Shown here: positions 27,389-39,395 of the stretch, in pieces
Layout of the letters: every line of letters begins with the position of its first letter
Numbering within the stretch: the stretch's first letter is position 1
NCBI RefSeq assembly: GCF_036321535.1
Contig: NC_087437.1
Location: 94,800,001 to 94,864,000 of the forward strand
DNA: 64,000 bases
Direction of reading: 5' to 3'
Source: Camelus dromedarius
Lineage: Eukaryota
Translations under genes and position numbers: made by a program
The notes under the pieces: generated by a model
Database searches by the model: none
Seen by the model: the letters and a program-made list of their open reading frames with translations, nothing else
What the model was told of the DNA's origin: nothing

Positions 27389-27819
27389 CTACCTATATAC
27401 GTCCAGAGCAGTAATTTGTTTTTACTGTAAAAGTGAAAAAACACAGAGACACTAATGAATAAAATGCAGAATTTTTTTTTTGCTTATATAAATGCTGCTT
27501 TATTTACAATCTAAATAGATTGCCTAATGTAACCATTAGGTTACATTCAGAAAATTATTTAGCTCAGCAGTAAAATCAACTGGGATAACAGTATCATTTT
27601 GTCTCCAGGCTAAACTGCATTTGGGGATAAGGAGAAGAGAGTGTAGTGAGAGAGGAGAAACATTTCTCCATCCTGGCTTTACGTGGGTGATGGATTCACA
27701 AATTCAATGCATCTGTTCCTATTTTTATATGTAAGATACATGATAGCATTGCCTAGCAAATGCAGAGGTTCTTTTCCTTTTTCCATCTTCTATTTAAAAG
27801 AATATATTGAATTTTTTAG

Positions 27820-28028
27820 GTGTATTTTTATTGAAGTACAGTCGGTTTACAATGTTGTGTCAATTTCTGGTGCACAGCACAATGCTTCAGTCATATAGGA
27901 ACATACATATATTCGTTTTCATATTCTTTTTCACCATAAGTTACTACAAGATATTGAATATGGTTCCCTGTGCTACATACTAGAAACTTGTTTATCTATT
28001 TTATATGCAGTAGTTAGTATCTGCAAAT
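27820..28028 (-). mobile_element. L1 3' UTR fragment (young, camelid/artiodactyl-type)
   Basis: tttattgaagtacagtcggtttacaatgttgtgtcaatttctggtgcacagcac...gttccctgtgcta...gtatctgcaaat; closely matches the reverse complement of the L1 end at 42.5-42.8 kb. Confidence 0.92.
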
Positions 28029-28054
28029 TTTATTTATTTACCTTGTGACAGTTA

Positions 28055-28560
28055 TTGTCTAGGATGCTTTTGCATATGTCATTTGATTATTGTTAACAAC
28101 CCCTGTGTATAAACATTATGATGCCTTATTTGCAGATGAGGAAACTGAAGTTCATTTATTCCTTCTCTGATTCTACAGAGATTTATAAAGTTACTAGAAT
28201 ATCCTAGGTATGGCTCTGAACACCGGGGGACACGACAGAGAAAACGTATTACAGTCTTGTCTTATATGAATTTACTTCTTTTGGGGAGGATGGGCAGAGG
28301 TAATTAGGTGTCTTTTTTTTTTTTTCTTTTAATTTTTAGAGGAGGTACTGAGGATTGAACCCAGGACCTCATACATGCTAAGCATTAGCTCTACTACTTG
28401 AGCTATACCCTCCCCTGACTGAATTTACTTCTTAATGGAGAAAGCATTCATCCAATGAGAGGAGTTCAGGTAATGAAGGAGACTTTCCTAAGGGTACATA
28501 GTTAATGGAAGAGCTATATTTCAGATTAGGCCTTCTTTCTGCCAGTCCACTGCTACTTTT
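28055..28560 (-). mobile_element. MIR split by an L2 3' end fragment (~28152-28445) that carries the SINE
   Basis: The MIR core tttgcagatgaggaaactgaagttca stops at ~28154 and resumes at ~28462 (gagttcagg...gactttcctaagggtacatagtt...gaagagc). Confidence 0.55.
28281..28415 (-). mobile_element. tRNA-derived SINE, camelid Vic-1 type
   Basis: Minus strand reads GGGGAGGGTATAGCTCAAGTAGTAGAGC..GCTTAGCATGTATGAGGTCCTGGGTTCAATCCTCAGTACCTCC, then an A-rich stretch and CCTAATTACCTC. Pol III A and B boxes are present. Perfect TSD TGAATTTACTTCTT at 28267-28280 and 28420-28433. Confidence 0.92.
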
Positions 28561-30548
28561 GTAACGTGGCATTATAGTTCATGTCAGAAAATGGTTGGCT
28601 CTCCTGATTTCCCAAGTTTACTAAAACAAATATCATCTCTGTTAGTTCCTCTCTTATTTTAGTTATCAATTTGTGCTGGAGCTGCAATGTTAATATTCCA
28701 AGTGTGTGGAGGGGAGTGTGTGTGTGTTTCCTTTCTGTGGGGGAACAAAGATGTTATTCAAGGATTAGAGGAAGTATAAAATATTCAGAGCATCAAATAC
28801 ACTGAAAAGTCTAAATAACTAATTTGAATAAAAGAAAGAGGCCAGAAAGATAGATTTGTAAGTTCCTGTTGAGCAAAGTAGTAGTTCGAGCTCAAGTGGG
28901 TTGATAGTAAGTGTATAAATAAAAAAAAAAAATTGCTCATAGCGGAAATAATGTTATTGACCTGAGACCTTGTGAATAAAAGTATAGTTAAGCGGTCAAA
29001 TGTTTCAACAATGATCCATTCCACTTTAATTGCATATGGAGCTGTTCTGAGCATATATTGGAATGATTTCCCAGGGCTGAAAGCCATTTTAGAGTCAAGG
29101 GAAGCATTTCAAGAAAATTAATAATAGAACACAAAGAAGTCACTCCAGAGCTTTCTTGCCAGGTAGGAGAAGCACTCCTTACAAGGTACACCAGAAAAAC
29201 TGAATTTCAGGGCGGTTAAACCACATTGCAACCCAAAGGGCATAATGAGAAAAATGGCAGAACTGGAATTACTACACAGTCACACTCCGCTTTAATCACT
29301 TCAAAAAAATCCATATGGCTTACACATGACAGTTACCCAGTTTGGTCCAAATGTTCATAACGAAGGGTGAGCTGGGGCAGCTCTAAACCTGAGTCTAAGT
29401 TATACTCACTGTCTACTCTCCTTCCTTTTTCCTTCTCCATTAGGATTTAGCACTTGCAGGAGTTTCATTTCTTATAAAGACCCAGCCCCAAGATCAGATC
29501 AATTTTGCCTTTTGTCAGCCCTGTGGCTCTAACTTTTTAATGTTTTTGTTTACCCTTGCTGTAATTGGCGTGGAGGAGTTCCTGCAAGACTTAGAGGCCG
29601 TCTTAAACTGAAGGAACATAAGAAGGCAATCAGCGTTTTGTCACAAAGCCAAATGTAGCCAGAAACCCAGCAAGTGACTTAGGTCTAAAGCAGCTCCTTC
29701 GTACATCTGCAATGCCATTGTTTTTAGAATGTTTAATGATGAATTGGACCATGTTCTTAGTATTGTAAGAACTAAAGTATGTTTTTGTGAGAAGGATAGC
29801 CTCTTTCGTTCCAGAGGATGTTTACTTTAGCACAGAGTCCCTCTTAATGCCCAAGCTATCGGGGGCTTTCCTCAGGGTCTTCTAATGATACATCTGGGGT
29901 CTGTTAGTGACCGTGTTACCATAAAAACATCTCTCTAATTCTGTATGACTGTGTACTTTGACACTAGTGCAGATTATTTAAAAATTTAGAGAATTTACTT
30001 AACCAGTTTCTTTTTGTTCTGCACATGAATCATCTATTTTTATTGCATGTAATGGTTATTTGGGTGCTTCACAGATAGAAACAAATGTTAAATGAGTTTC
30101 TGCACAGTGTATAAAGAAATGGGAATGCATTTTGTAGTTTGGAATGCTGACAGTATACGCTTAATTCCTAGCGCCCTGGCATGAGTTAGGTCACACGTGT
30201 AAGTTTAGCCAAGTCTTGTAGGCCAGTTTTATGGTCTAGTGAGTTTGATAGAACAGGAATAATTTAATGTAAGGCATCTCCCTGGGGAACAAATGTGAAA
30301 AGTTGTAGATTAATGGGATGCTTGTGTATGTGTGACTATGTACTTCTTTGCAGGGTGTGCTTTATGATTTATAAAGTAATGATAAAAAAAATTTAAATAA
30401 GACAGCAATTTGGAGGTGTACATATGATATAAACAGAATTATAAGTAACCTTGATAGGAAAATTTTTCCAAACTTCCACCTAACACAATACCTGTTACAT
30501 AATGATTATTGAATAATGCTGGTTGCTATTTAAATTGTTGCTGCATGC

Positions 30549-31001
30549 TGTATTTGTCTCCTAAGGCTGCCATAACAAACTACCACAAATTGGGTGGCTT
30601 AAAACAACAGAAATTGTTTTTTCTCACAGTCCTGGAGGCAAAAAATTCACAATCAAGTTGTCAGCTGGGCCACCCTCCCTCTGAAGGCTCTACAGAAGAA
30701 CCCTCCCTTCCCTTCCTAGCATCTGAGGGTTGCTGGCAATCCTTGATACCTCTTGGTTTGTGACAGCATAAGTCCAATCTCTGCCTTCATCTGCATGTGG
30801 ACTTCTCCCTTTATGCATCTTGTGTATGTGTCCAAATGCCCCCCTTCCTATAAGAACCCCATCATAAGGACATCTTCCCTAATTCAGTGTGATCTCATCT
30901 TAACTGGATTCCATGCTCAAGACCCTGTATCCAGATAAGACCATAGTCACAGGTTCCAGTGGACATCAACTTTAGGGGCCTGCTATTCAACCCAGCATAC
31001 A
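30549..31001 (-). mobile_element. MaLR solo LTR (MLT1C-like)
   Basis: tgtatttgtctcctaaggctgccataacaaactaccacaaattgggtggcttaaaacaacagaaatt...ctcacagtcctggaggc...attcaaccc is the classic reverse MLT1 sequence. Confidence 0.92.
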
Positions 31002-31689
31002 TACTAAGTTGCATGAGTATTTAATGTTCAATGATTTCAATGATGTGACCATAAATTGATGAAATCATGGTTCACATTAAGGTACAAAAAACCCTAATAG
31101 TCACTGTTCATCCAAATATACATTGTGTGATACAATATAATCGCCACCCCACAAAATATTTGTTGTTAAAGAACAACAAAGTTTTTCTTTACTGTTGCTT
31201 TGAGGCTTTTCTCAAGAAAATCTGAATTTGTTGGTCAAGTGACTGTTTAACACAAAATGTTATTGTCCAACTTGCTGGCCTGCGTAAGTTAATAGCCATG
31301 TTTCCGGATTTCTTTTTCAAAACACAAATACATAAATAAATACATACATATATAATTAAACTTGAAGAGCAGTAACTAGTTGTTTTAAGATGGGTCCAGT
31401 TTTTAAAAGTTGAAGTCGTTGCAACCATAGCAAAATAAGTTCTGATGGAAAGAAAATAAAGCCGAGTAATGGCTGGATTCCTAATAGTACCTGAAACACA
31501 TACATACATATTTATTTTCTGCACTATTCATAAGAGTCTGTGCTGCAGTCTGTTTAAAATGCAACCCTTTGTCTTCCCCCTTCTCCCAAACCTGAGCCGC
31601 CTTAAAATCTCTAGTAAACAAAATAGGCCAGGTGTCTCAGTTATTAGATGAGTAAGTTCTGAGGTTCCAGCATGGAAACAAAACCAAAC

Positions 31690-32315
31690 AAAGCCAAAAT
31701 ACTCCAGATCCAGTTACACAAGCCAGGTATCTAGGAGTCACCTCTGAGGCCCACCTTTCTCTCAGTCCGTCCCCACACCCAGCTCCTCGGCAGCACGTCC
31801 TACTGACGCTCCCAAGTACCGCCTGACTCTGAGGTTTCATCACATTCTATTCTGACGTCTCTTTGAATCAGTCACCTCATCTTTTTGCCTAAATCATTGC
31901 CACCAAAGCTGAACTGGCACCCCCTGCCTCCACCCCGGCTCCCATCCCCTGTTACATATCTTCACTCAGAAGCAGATGTGATCATTATTGACTGGATCAC
32001 AATATTTCTCTTTTTACAAACTTTCAATGACTTCCTGTCAGACCTAAAATAAAATCCAAACTCCTCACCATGTGCCTGCACTACATAAAGCATTATTCTG
32101 CTGTCCTTTCTGTCAGCCTTTTGTTTGATGGTTCCACGTTCCTTCCTGAAAATTCCAGTTATCTTTCTGTGTTACACCCTTTTCTCTGACTTCCCTTCGA
32201 GGATCCTATCCCTCTTAGGCACAAACTCTGTCATCTTTAAGCTTGCACCCCAGAGTTTTCCGTGATGTCTGGCACACAGTGGGCATCCGATAAATGTGCT
32301 AGATGTATGAATAAA
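31690..32315 (+). mobile_element. L2 LINE fragment
   Basis: tccagttacacaagccaggtatctaggagtcacc...aaactttcaatgacttcc...aaaataaaatccaaactcctcacc...tctggcacacagtgggcatccgataaatg...atgaataaa. Confidence 0.8.
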
Positions 32316-33567
32316 TCCACCAGCCATCATAAAAGTAAACAGACGATCACTTATCTCAAAGCAGAGCTGAGTGGCCAGAAAAGCTTTCCTTCTTACTAGA
32401 AAAACAAAGCTGGAAGTTGATGGCAGTATCCTTTTTCCCCCCCAAATCTTTTCCCAGTTCCCTCACAACTGCTTCTCTAACAACTAACGTAAACCGCAGC
32501 TTTCCCCATGTTCTTTAAACATCAGGAGAACATCATTAATGTTTAATATTTGGGCACAGGCCAAGGTTTCTGTTTGTAAGTCTCAGGGGGAAAGAATTTT
32601 GATAATTGAATGATTTCCGGCAGGGAAGCACATTCCCAAATCCACATGCTCTCATGTCTGTCCCAGTCTCCACGGCCAAGATGCTTATTTATTCTGTGTC
32701 TGGGGCTTTCCAGTTTAAATAAGTCCTTCTGCCTCATTACTGTGTCCACTTGTATTTGGAGTACAAATTATTTTCTCATTGATCCCATGCCATTGTATAT
32801 AACTCGAGGAGTATGTCTTACAACTCACAGAAGTTCCAAGGTGCCTGTGAGCAGGGTCGCAGAGAATATTGAATAATTCTTCTTGTTGTGGACTGAAGCT
32901 TGAAATAAGATTTTCGTCTATTTATGATCAGCAGCTGAAAAGCTTCTGTTGTCAGCAACCGAATAGCTTTCTTTGCTCAAAATAGCAAGGAAAGTTGGGG
33001 AGATTCTGTTATTACCTTTCCTTCTCTCACTGCCTTAAAAAATGTTTATTTTGTATTGTTTTAACAGAGTTCTTTTAGTAAACATACCTCCTTAGATACC
33101 TTTGTAAGAGTAATGGCTGCCAAGCCCTAAATTCCATTGTTCCAAATAAATCGACTTTTCCTTTCTTCTGATGTTTAAACGTCTCAAGTCTTCTTCAAAG
33201 GATGAAGTTCATAAGCTGCTATTGATGATTCTGGTATGGAGTTTGGCTATCAGGACAGTAGAAGGTTTTTTTTTTTTAATTTTTTGGAAGTTGAATATTT
33301 TGTGGTACGTGCACTTTGGAACAATTTAAATGATTTGTTTAGAGAGAGAAACAAGTGCCACAGTTCTATTACAGTGTATTAAAAGATCTCTCTGTGTTTA
33401 TAGATTTTTCCCCATCGAGTCTGTCCTGGTTTTCGCAAAAACTCAAGAGAGCTCTGCTGTTTTTTCTTCCAAGTTTTGTGCAGCACTAGGAAACGTGAGG
33501 TCTGTGGAGTATTGGAGGACAGGCGCACGAGATGTGCAGAGGGCGGCCTCATGCCCACGATACTGAC

Positions 33568-33785
33568 GACAGCTAGTACTTCCTGAGGGCTGACTTCATG
33601 CCAAGCATTGCAATCAGGGCTTTACGTGGGTTAACTGGTTTGATTGGCACGAGAACTCTCTTGATTCTAGTTATATAGGGGAGACTATTACTCACCCTTT
33701 TTTACACATGAAGAAATAAGGCAGAAGGTACATAAGCAACAGTGTCACACAGATAAGAGGCAAGCGCAGCTTGGATAGCAAGCTG
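33568..33785 (-). mobile_element. MIR SINE
   Basis: agctagtacttcctgagggctgacttcatgccaagcattg...ctattactcaccctttttacacatgaagaaataaggca...gtcacacag. Confidence 0.7.
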
Positions 33786-33949
33786 TTGAATGATGAAGAC
33801 AGTGGAAAAGTCATCAGTAGAAACACTTTTGAGCAGGCTTTTTAGTCAAATAAGATGTTAGAAGTGGTGAGATTCTCTTCAATATTCACCATCAAAAAAA
33901 GCATTTGCAATAGCAAAACTCGTATATATTATTTATTTGACATCAGAGC

Positions 33950-34140
33950 AACACTGAGTTCAGTTACCAGCTATACAACTAACGACCAGTGGAATGTTAC
34001 TTTGCCTCAGTTTTCTTATCCTAAACCGGGGATAAATTTAGTGCCTGCCTCATAGGGCTATTGTGAAAATTAAATGACATACGCATATCATCACAGAAGA
34101 TAGTATGGCACATCATAAGTTATGTTTTAGTTATTTTATT
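33950..34140 (+). mobile_element. MIR SINE
   Basis: tgcctcagttttcttatcctaaaccggggataa...tgcctgcctcatagggctattgtgaaaattaaatga. Confidence 0.75.
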
Positions 34141-36099
34141 ACTCCTAAGGACTTGCTTTACAAGTTTAAAATTGTAAGACATCCTAAATAAAATTCTATG
34201 TCTATACACACATATTAGTGTCAGTAAGTTTAATTATCAGTTTTAAAAGAGCACAGTGTACATGCTTTAAATATCTGTTACTGGAGAGACCGTTTAATTA
34301 AAAAAGTTTTTTCCAACCCATCTTTGGGCTGCACTTACCTAGGGACAGATTGAGTCAGAGACACAGCCAAGACCCCACTCATGGGGAAAACGTTTTTGAG
34401 ATGTGATCCCGAGTGGAATTCAAGTTCTATGAGTTGGTGTGTGTTCTTTAGGGAACATATTATTCAGTGATAACATGTAAGATTTTTTTCGTTATTGTTT
34501 CAGTCAGTTTAGGACCAGCCTTTCACATTCAGTTTTGACTCTGCGCAGGTTACTTGTCACTAGGCATGATAAAGCATCTCCCCCAAGGCCTCCAGTGAAA
34601 GGAGCTGGCAGTTTTCCTAATTACTCTCCCTTTGTTTCATTTTGCCTTCCACACTGTACCTCTGCCTTTTTCTCTCTGCACTTTTTTCTTTGCTGCAGTC
34701 ATGACCCAATTTTTTAAAACTTCATTTTTCTGTGTAATATCTTTCGCAGGGTTCACAATCCCCTACCTCCCCACCCCCATATCTGGAAAGACCTCAAAGC
34801 TAGCCAGTTCGTTGCCTAATCAAGTCAAATTCTAGGTTAGCTAAAATTCGCCAATACTCAGGTGGATGCATGTATAAATGAATGCTGGGAAGGACGCAGA
34901 TTACAGCCACATTCACGTAACCCAAGTGTAATTTTAAAGGATCCTTTACAAGTCCTACATGAAGTCTAAACTCAAAAAAGTATGTAGATGTCTCCCAGTA
35001 GTTTTCCATGTGAAAATATTTTGTTTGAAATTCAGTATTAAAGAGTATCTGGAGTTAATAAAAAGAAAAATCTTATTCTGTCCAGATGAATGAATTTAAA
35101 ACCAAATTTTCTTACTGAAGAATAACAGACTATATGATCTTTTAGAAGCAATGTTAAATGTTAAAGGCCAGTGGGTTAAAAAGTATGTGTTATGACTAGA
35201 TGGATTTTCTTGGATTTTAAACATTTAAGCAGTGAACCAAAATTCAGGCATTTTAATCATGTATGCTAGTTAATTTGAAATTCACTTGATGGCCAAATCT
35301 CTTGATATTCTTTCATGCCACTTCTGACTTCTTGTAACCAGACTGTTACAGCTGTTAACATTCTATTTTCAGAATGCCCTTATGTCTTAAAAGAAGAATG
35401 GGGGGGAAATGAAACAAGGTACACTCGAACAAAGAAAAAACTGAAAACAACCCATTATCTTGAAGATCCTCTATATATATATATAGAGAGAGAGAGAGAA
35501 ATGTATTATAATGTTTTATTTAAATACAGAAATACAGTAAAGGAATCATTTTAAGCCCAGACTTGATATTGCTTAGTTTCATATGTAGAATCAGAGCATA
35601 GATATGTAATTCTTTTCATCATCTGATTCAAACATGCCAGTCTCTTATCTGTTTTGACCACAGGTGTATAGCCTGTGGGGGTAGCCACATGATGCCATCA
35701 CAGAAAAATGTTTTATCAGAAATGTATTTGGCAACTCTTTTACACAAAAGCAAAGCATGATAGATTTAGGAACAAATGGAGAATTTTGCAGGAAACCTGC
35801 GTGTTGAAAGTGGTTTCGAAAGGCTATATTTAAAAGACTACCCACGCTCTATTTATGTTGAAGTACATAGCTTAAAGACGGAGTGTGTTTGCAGTGGCAT
35901 CCTTTCCTTTCAAAGACTGAGTGAAATTTTCTTTGGCACATGTCTTTTATTACATAAAATTCGTTGAGTGCCTATGTGAGTAATATATGCCTCCTGGCGT
36001 TAAGGAGCAAACAGTCAGAGGGAGAAGAGAAACAGTTAACCTAAATGAATTCTTATTATGCAGTATGACCAGTGGTGCAATAAGGAAGTGGGTCAAGGA

Positions 36100-36300
36100 T
36101 GAAGACATAATGGAAAGAACATGGACAATGGGGTCTGATAAACAAAAGTTCAAATCCCTATTTGGGTACTTCTCATCCATAAAATGTCAATAATAGTAAC
36201 ACCTGCCTCATAGGGTTATTGGTAGAACCAAAAGAAATAGTGAGAGTTAAGTGCCCGGGACATCATCGACACTCAATGCATAGTAGCTATTATCAGCTGT
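36100..36300 (+). mobile_element. MIR SINE (internally deleted)
   Basis: gttcaaatccc...ttctcatccataaaatg..aataatagtaacacctgcctcatagggttattg...actcaatgcatagtagctattat. Confidence 0.7.
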
Positions 36301-37214
36301 ATTATGAGAGCATTGGACTGAGGGAATATTTTTCTCCCTTTTGACAGGAAAGACTTCTTACTTGTCCACAAGCATTAGATAATTAGTAAAAATGGAAGTT
36401 CAAAGGAAAAATTATATATGGTGAACATGATAAGCAATGAAGTTCATGGATCTTGTTAAGGTTTAAAGAATCCATTGCTCTCTTTATGGTGTCACTACAG
36501 CATCTCATGTGTGATTCTATGTGCACCTTAATTCCGGTATGTGAAAATTTCTGCAATTGGTGGTAATTTTCTTGAGCTCATGTTTCTTCAGAGGAAGGAA
36601 CATATACTATCCATCCATTCTGTGTTCTCACCATTTGTCTCATAGCAGGTACCTAATAACATCTGTGTTTGTTATTCTAAAAAGAACATTCTAAAATGAA
36701 ATATTATGAATTTCTTAACCATAAAACCCATATTCTACCACCCATGAAACTTCAGGCCCCTTTGGAATTGTCATTTAGATACACCCAGTGCTTCCCACTT
36801 GGGGAAGGTAACAATGAAAGCATTCTTAACTCATAGAATATCTGAATTTCTAAACTCATAAAATATCTGAATTTCTAAATATCTGATTTTGAAATTATTT
36901 TTTGAAATTATATCTATTTTAATCTGTTTTAAATTACATCTATCATTAATTTGCATTTTTAAATTTTGAGATCAGTAGTTGTAAGAATATTTTTTCTCAC
37001 TGAAGCTAAGTTAATATCACACTCAAGAATCTCAAAGCTATGTCTTTAAAATAAAATGAAAAATAATTGAATAGGCATTAATGGATATCATTAAAATGCT
37101 AAATTTAAAAAAAGAAAAACATTATTTATTCTACCATATTTGTGTGGATAGAATAAAAATTTTATAGATAAGCAAGCCAGACTTTTAAATATGGAATTTT
37201 TAAGTGGAGAATCC

Positions 37215-37657
37215 AGGCATAGTACTATAGCGAAGACCTGGTATAGTAATGTCTTAAATAAGTGAGAAATTTATCTTTTTTGTATTACAATCTAGCCATG
37301 AGCTCAAGAGACACAGACTCCCTTTATCTTGTTTCTCTACCATTCTCAACACAGAACTTTCACATTTTATTTCAGAATGGCTGCTCCAACTCCTGCCATC
37401 ATGTGCACATTCCAGTTACATAAAAGGGAAAAAGAAGGCGGGGGATCTCCCCTTCAAGAATAATGTACAGACTTAGCATACTGTTTCAATGCAATGCCCA
37501 ATGCCCAAAAGTATTTACATTTCACAACTAGCTGCAAGGGAGTCTAGGAAATGTATCTTTCATGGTAAAAATAGAAAAGCTGAAACTCATAGGAATTACT
37601 ACCAAGAGAATGAAGGTGAAATTGGATATTAGGAGACAACCAGTAGACCCTGTACAA
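37215..37657 (-). mobile_element. MaLR solo LTR (MLT1J-like)
   Basis: aatggctgctccaactcctgccatcatgtgcacattccag...ctagctgcaagggagtctaggaaatgta...tggatattaggagacaaccagtag...taca. Confidence 0.8.
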
Positions 37658-37894
37658 GAGTTTAAGTCAAGAGGGATTTTACATGGAATTTGAATCATTA
37701 CTCTAATTCTTGCCTTCCAAATTACCCCCAAAGCACCATTATGCTAATTTTTCAGGGAAAATACAGGTTAACCATGAACTCTTAAATCCTACATAAGTAT
37801 TGAGTATTACTATTTATCTAAGGTGAGTTCAAAACTCCAGTATTGAAGGCTAAACACATATCAAAATTCTATTGTTGCTTATGAAATAATAGCC

Positions 37895-38035
37895 TATAAT
37901 AGCTAACAGTTCGTGAGAATTGATTATGTGCCAGGCATTGTTTTAAGCATAACATTAGAATAACTCATTTAATTTCACCACATCTCTTTGAGGTAGATTA
38001 CTATTATTATTATTCCAGGTTTACAGATTAAGTGA
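37895..38035 (-). mobile_element. MIR SINE
   Basis: aatagctaacagttcgtgagaattgattatgtgccaggcattgttttaagc...taactcatttaat...ctattattattattccaggtttacagat. Confidence 0.8.
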
Positions 38036-38189
38036 AAAAATGAGGAAAAATATATTTTTCTTTTTGAATATAAATACTAAGAGTCCTTAATACTTGCATT
38101 TTTTTTTACATGAAGTTCTGCATGTATGAATGAATAAATGGATGAATGGCAAGCCAAAACCCACATACAGGAACATAAATATTCAAATG

Positions 38190-38440
38190 ATTGTGTCCCC
38201 TTGGAAGGAACCATCTTCTCTAGTGGCATTTCTGGTGATCAAAGCATTCTTGGCATTTCACTTATGAAACTGTCTAGAAAGTTTGTGGCATAATCTTTGA
38301 AAATGTATAATAATGAGAGAGATGTCCTTAGAGGATGATTTTGATTTCATTTTATGTTTGGAAACAATGAAGTCATTTAGGGAAAGTCTGTTGGAAGATT
38401 AAGCTAAAAGAAACCAATTTCAGTAAAAAAATGAAGTGCC
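38190..38440 (-). mobile_element. MARNA-like Tc1/Mariner relic
   Basis: caaagcattcttggcatt...gtggcataatctttgaa...tccttagaggatgattttgattt...tttggaaacaatgaagtcatttagggaaagtctg. The minus strand retains a degenerate D..NDF..LFP of the mariner YSPDLAP-x-DF motif. Confidence 0.6.
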
Positions 38441-38809
38441 CTTATAAATTAATGAGTACATTTCTCTCATTTGGATGATAAACATTATTTCTGTATAATT
38501 CAAATATATTTGGGTTAAAGGTAAAACTAACTGTATATATTTTTAAAGTAAAAAAAAAAGTTATGTCCATGTAAGCAGTAGCAATACAAATATTTTCTGA
38601 GGCAAAGACACATTTTGGCATGTGTGTATGCATTAAAAAGTTTAGTTTCATATTTCTCTCCCCAGTTTAAAAATAATTAATAATAAAGTCGAGAAAAAAA
38701 GCAAAAACTTAGCTTATGAATAAATTGAAAGGCCAAACAGGTTTAAACGTTTAACATATTCTTTGTTAATTAAGATTTGATCGTAAGTCAATATTATCAG
38801 CTTGTACAG

Positions 38810-39200
38810 TGCTGAAAAGAGAGTGGTAAGAATGAGGCTAGAAACTGTGTAGTTGCTTGATCCCAAAGGGCTCTTGTGCTATGGTAGTGATTTTGCATTT
38901 TATCTTTAAGAGAAGTAATATGATCTGATTTCTGTATGACTGAATTATTCCATAGGGTTAAACCACAATATGGAAATTAAATTTCGAGCAGAGGCCTTGA
39001 AACTAGAGACCAGGAGACAAGTGGATGCAACAGAAACCAAATTTAAAACAAAGCAGATATTGGACAGGGAAAGAGGAAATAGACTTGAAAGATATTAAGG
39101 AGTTAACCTCAGTGAGACTTGGACACCAAAAACATTCAATCAAGACCTGAAAAAGGGAGGACTTGAGAGTGATTCCTAGGTTTTTGCCTCTGCCATCACT
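38810..39200 (-). mobile_element. L2 fragment
   Basis: gattttgcattttatc...gtaatatgatctgattt...gacttgaaagatattaaggag...gagtgattcctaggtttttg. Confidence 0.6.
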
Positions 39201-39207
39201 CTAGCAT

Positions 39208-39395
39208 CATAATAGCTCACCTGGATTGAGTACTTAGGCTATGTCAAGCAATTGAATCATATTTGTTACTTTATTTAATGCTCAAATAAAAACTATTACT
39301 CTGCCCTCTTTATAAATTAGAAAAGTGGAATTTAGAGACATCAAGTAATTTCCTAGGTCATAAAGCCAGAGTGTCAGATAATATTGAACCCATAT
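39208..39395 (-). mobile_element. MIR SINE
   Basis: ataatagctcac...ttgagtactta..ctatgtcaagca...tttagagacatcaagtaatttcctaggtcat...ttgaaccca. Confidence 0.65.

Noticed and set aside
28340..28415. tRNA gene
   Set aside because: It is the tRNA-derived head of a SINE, with SINE body, tail and TSD; the acceptor stem is not intact.
29651..29672. Partial resemblance to miR-221 (AATGTAGC and GAAACCCAGCA)
   Set aside because: The pieces are in the wrong order and there is no precursor hairpin. I recognised no known miRNA elsewhere in the window.
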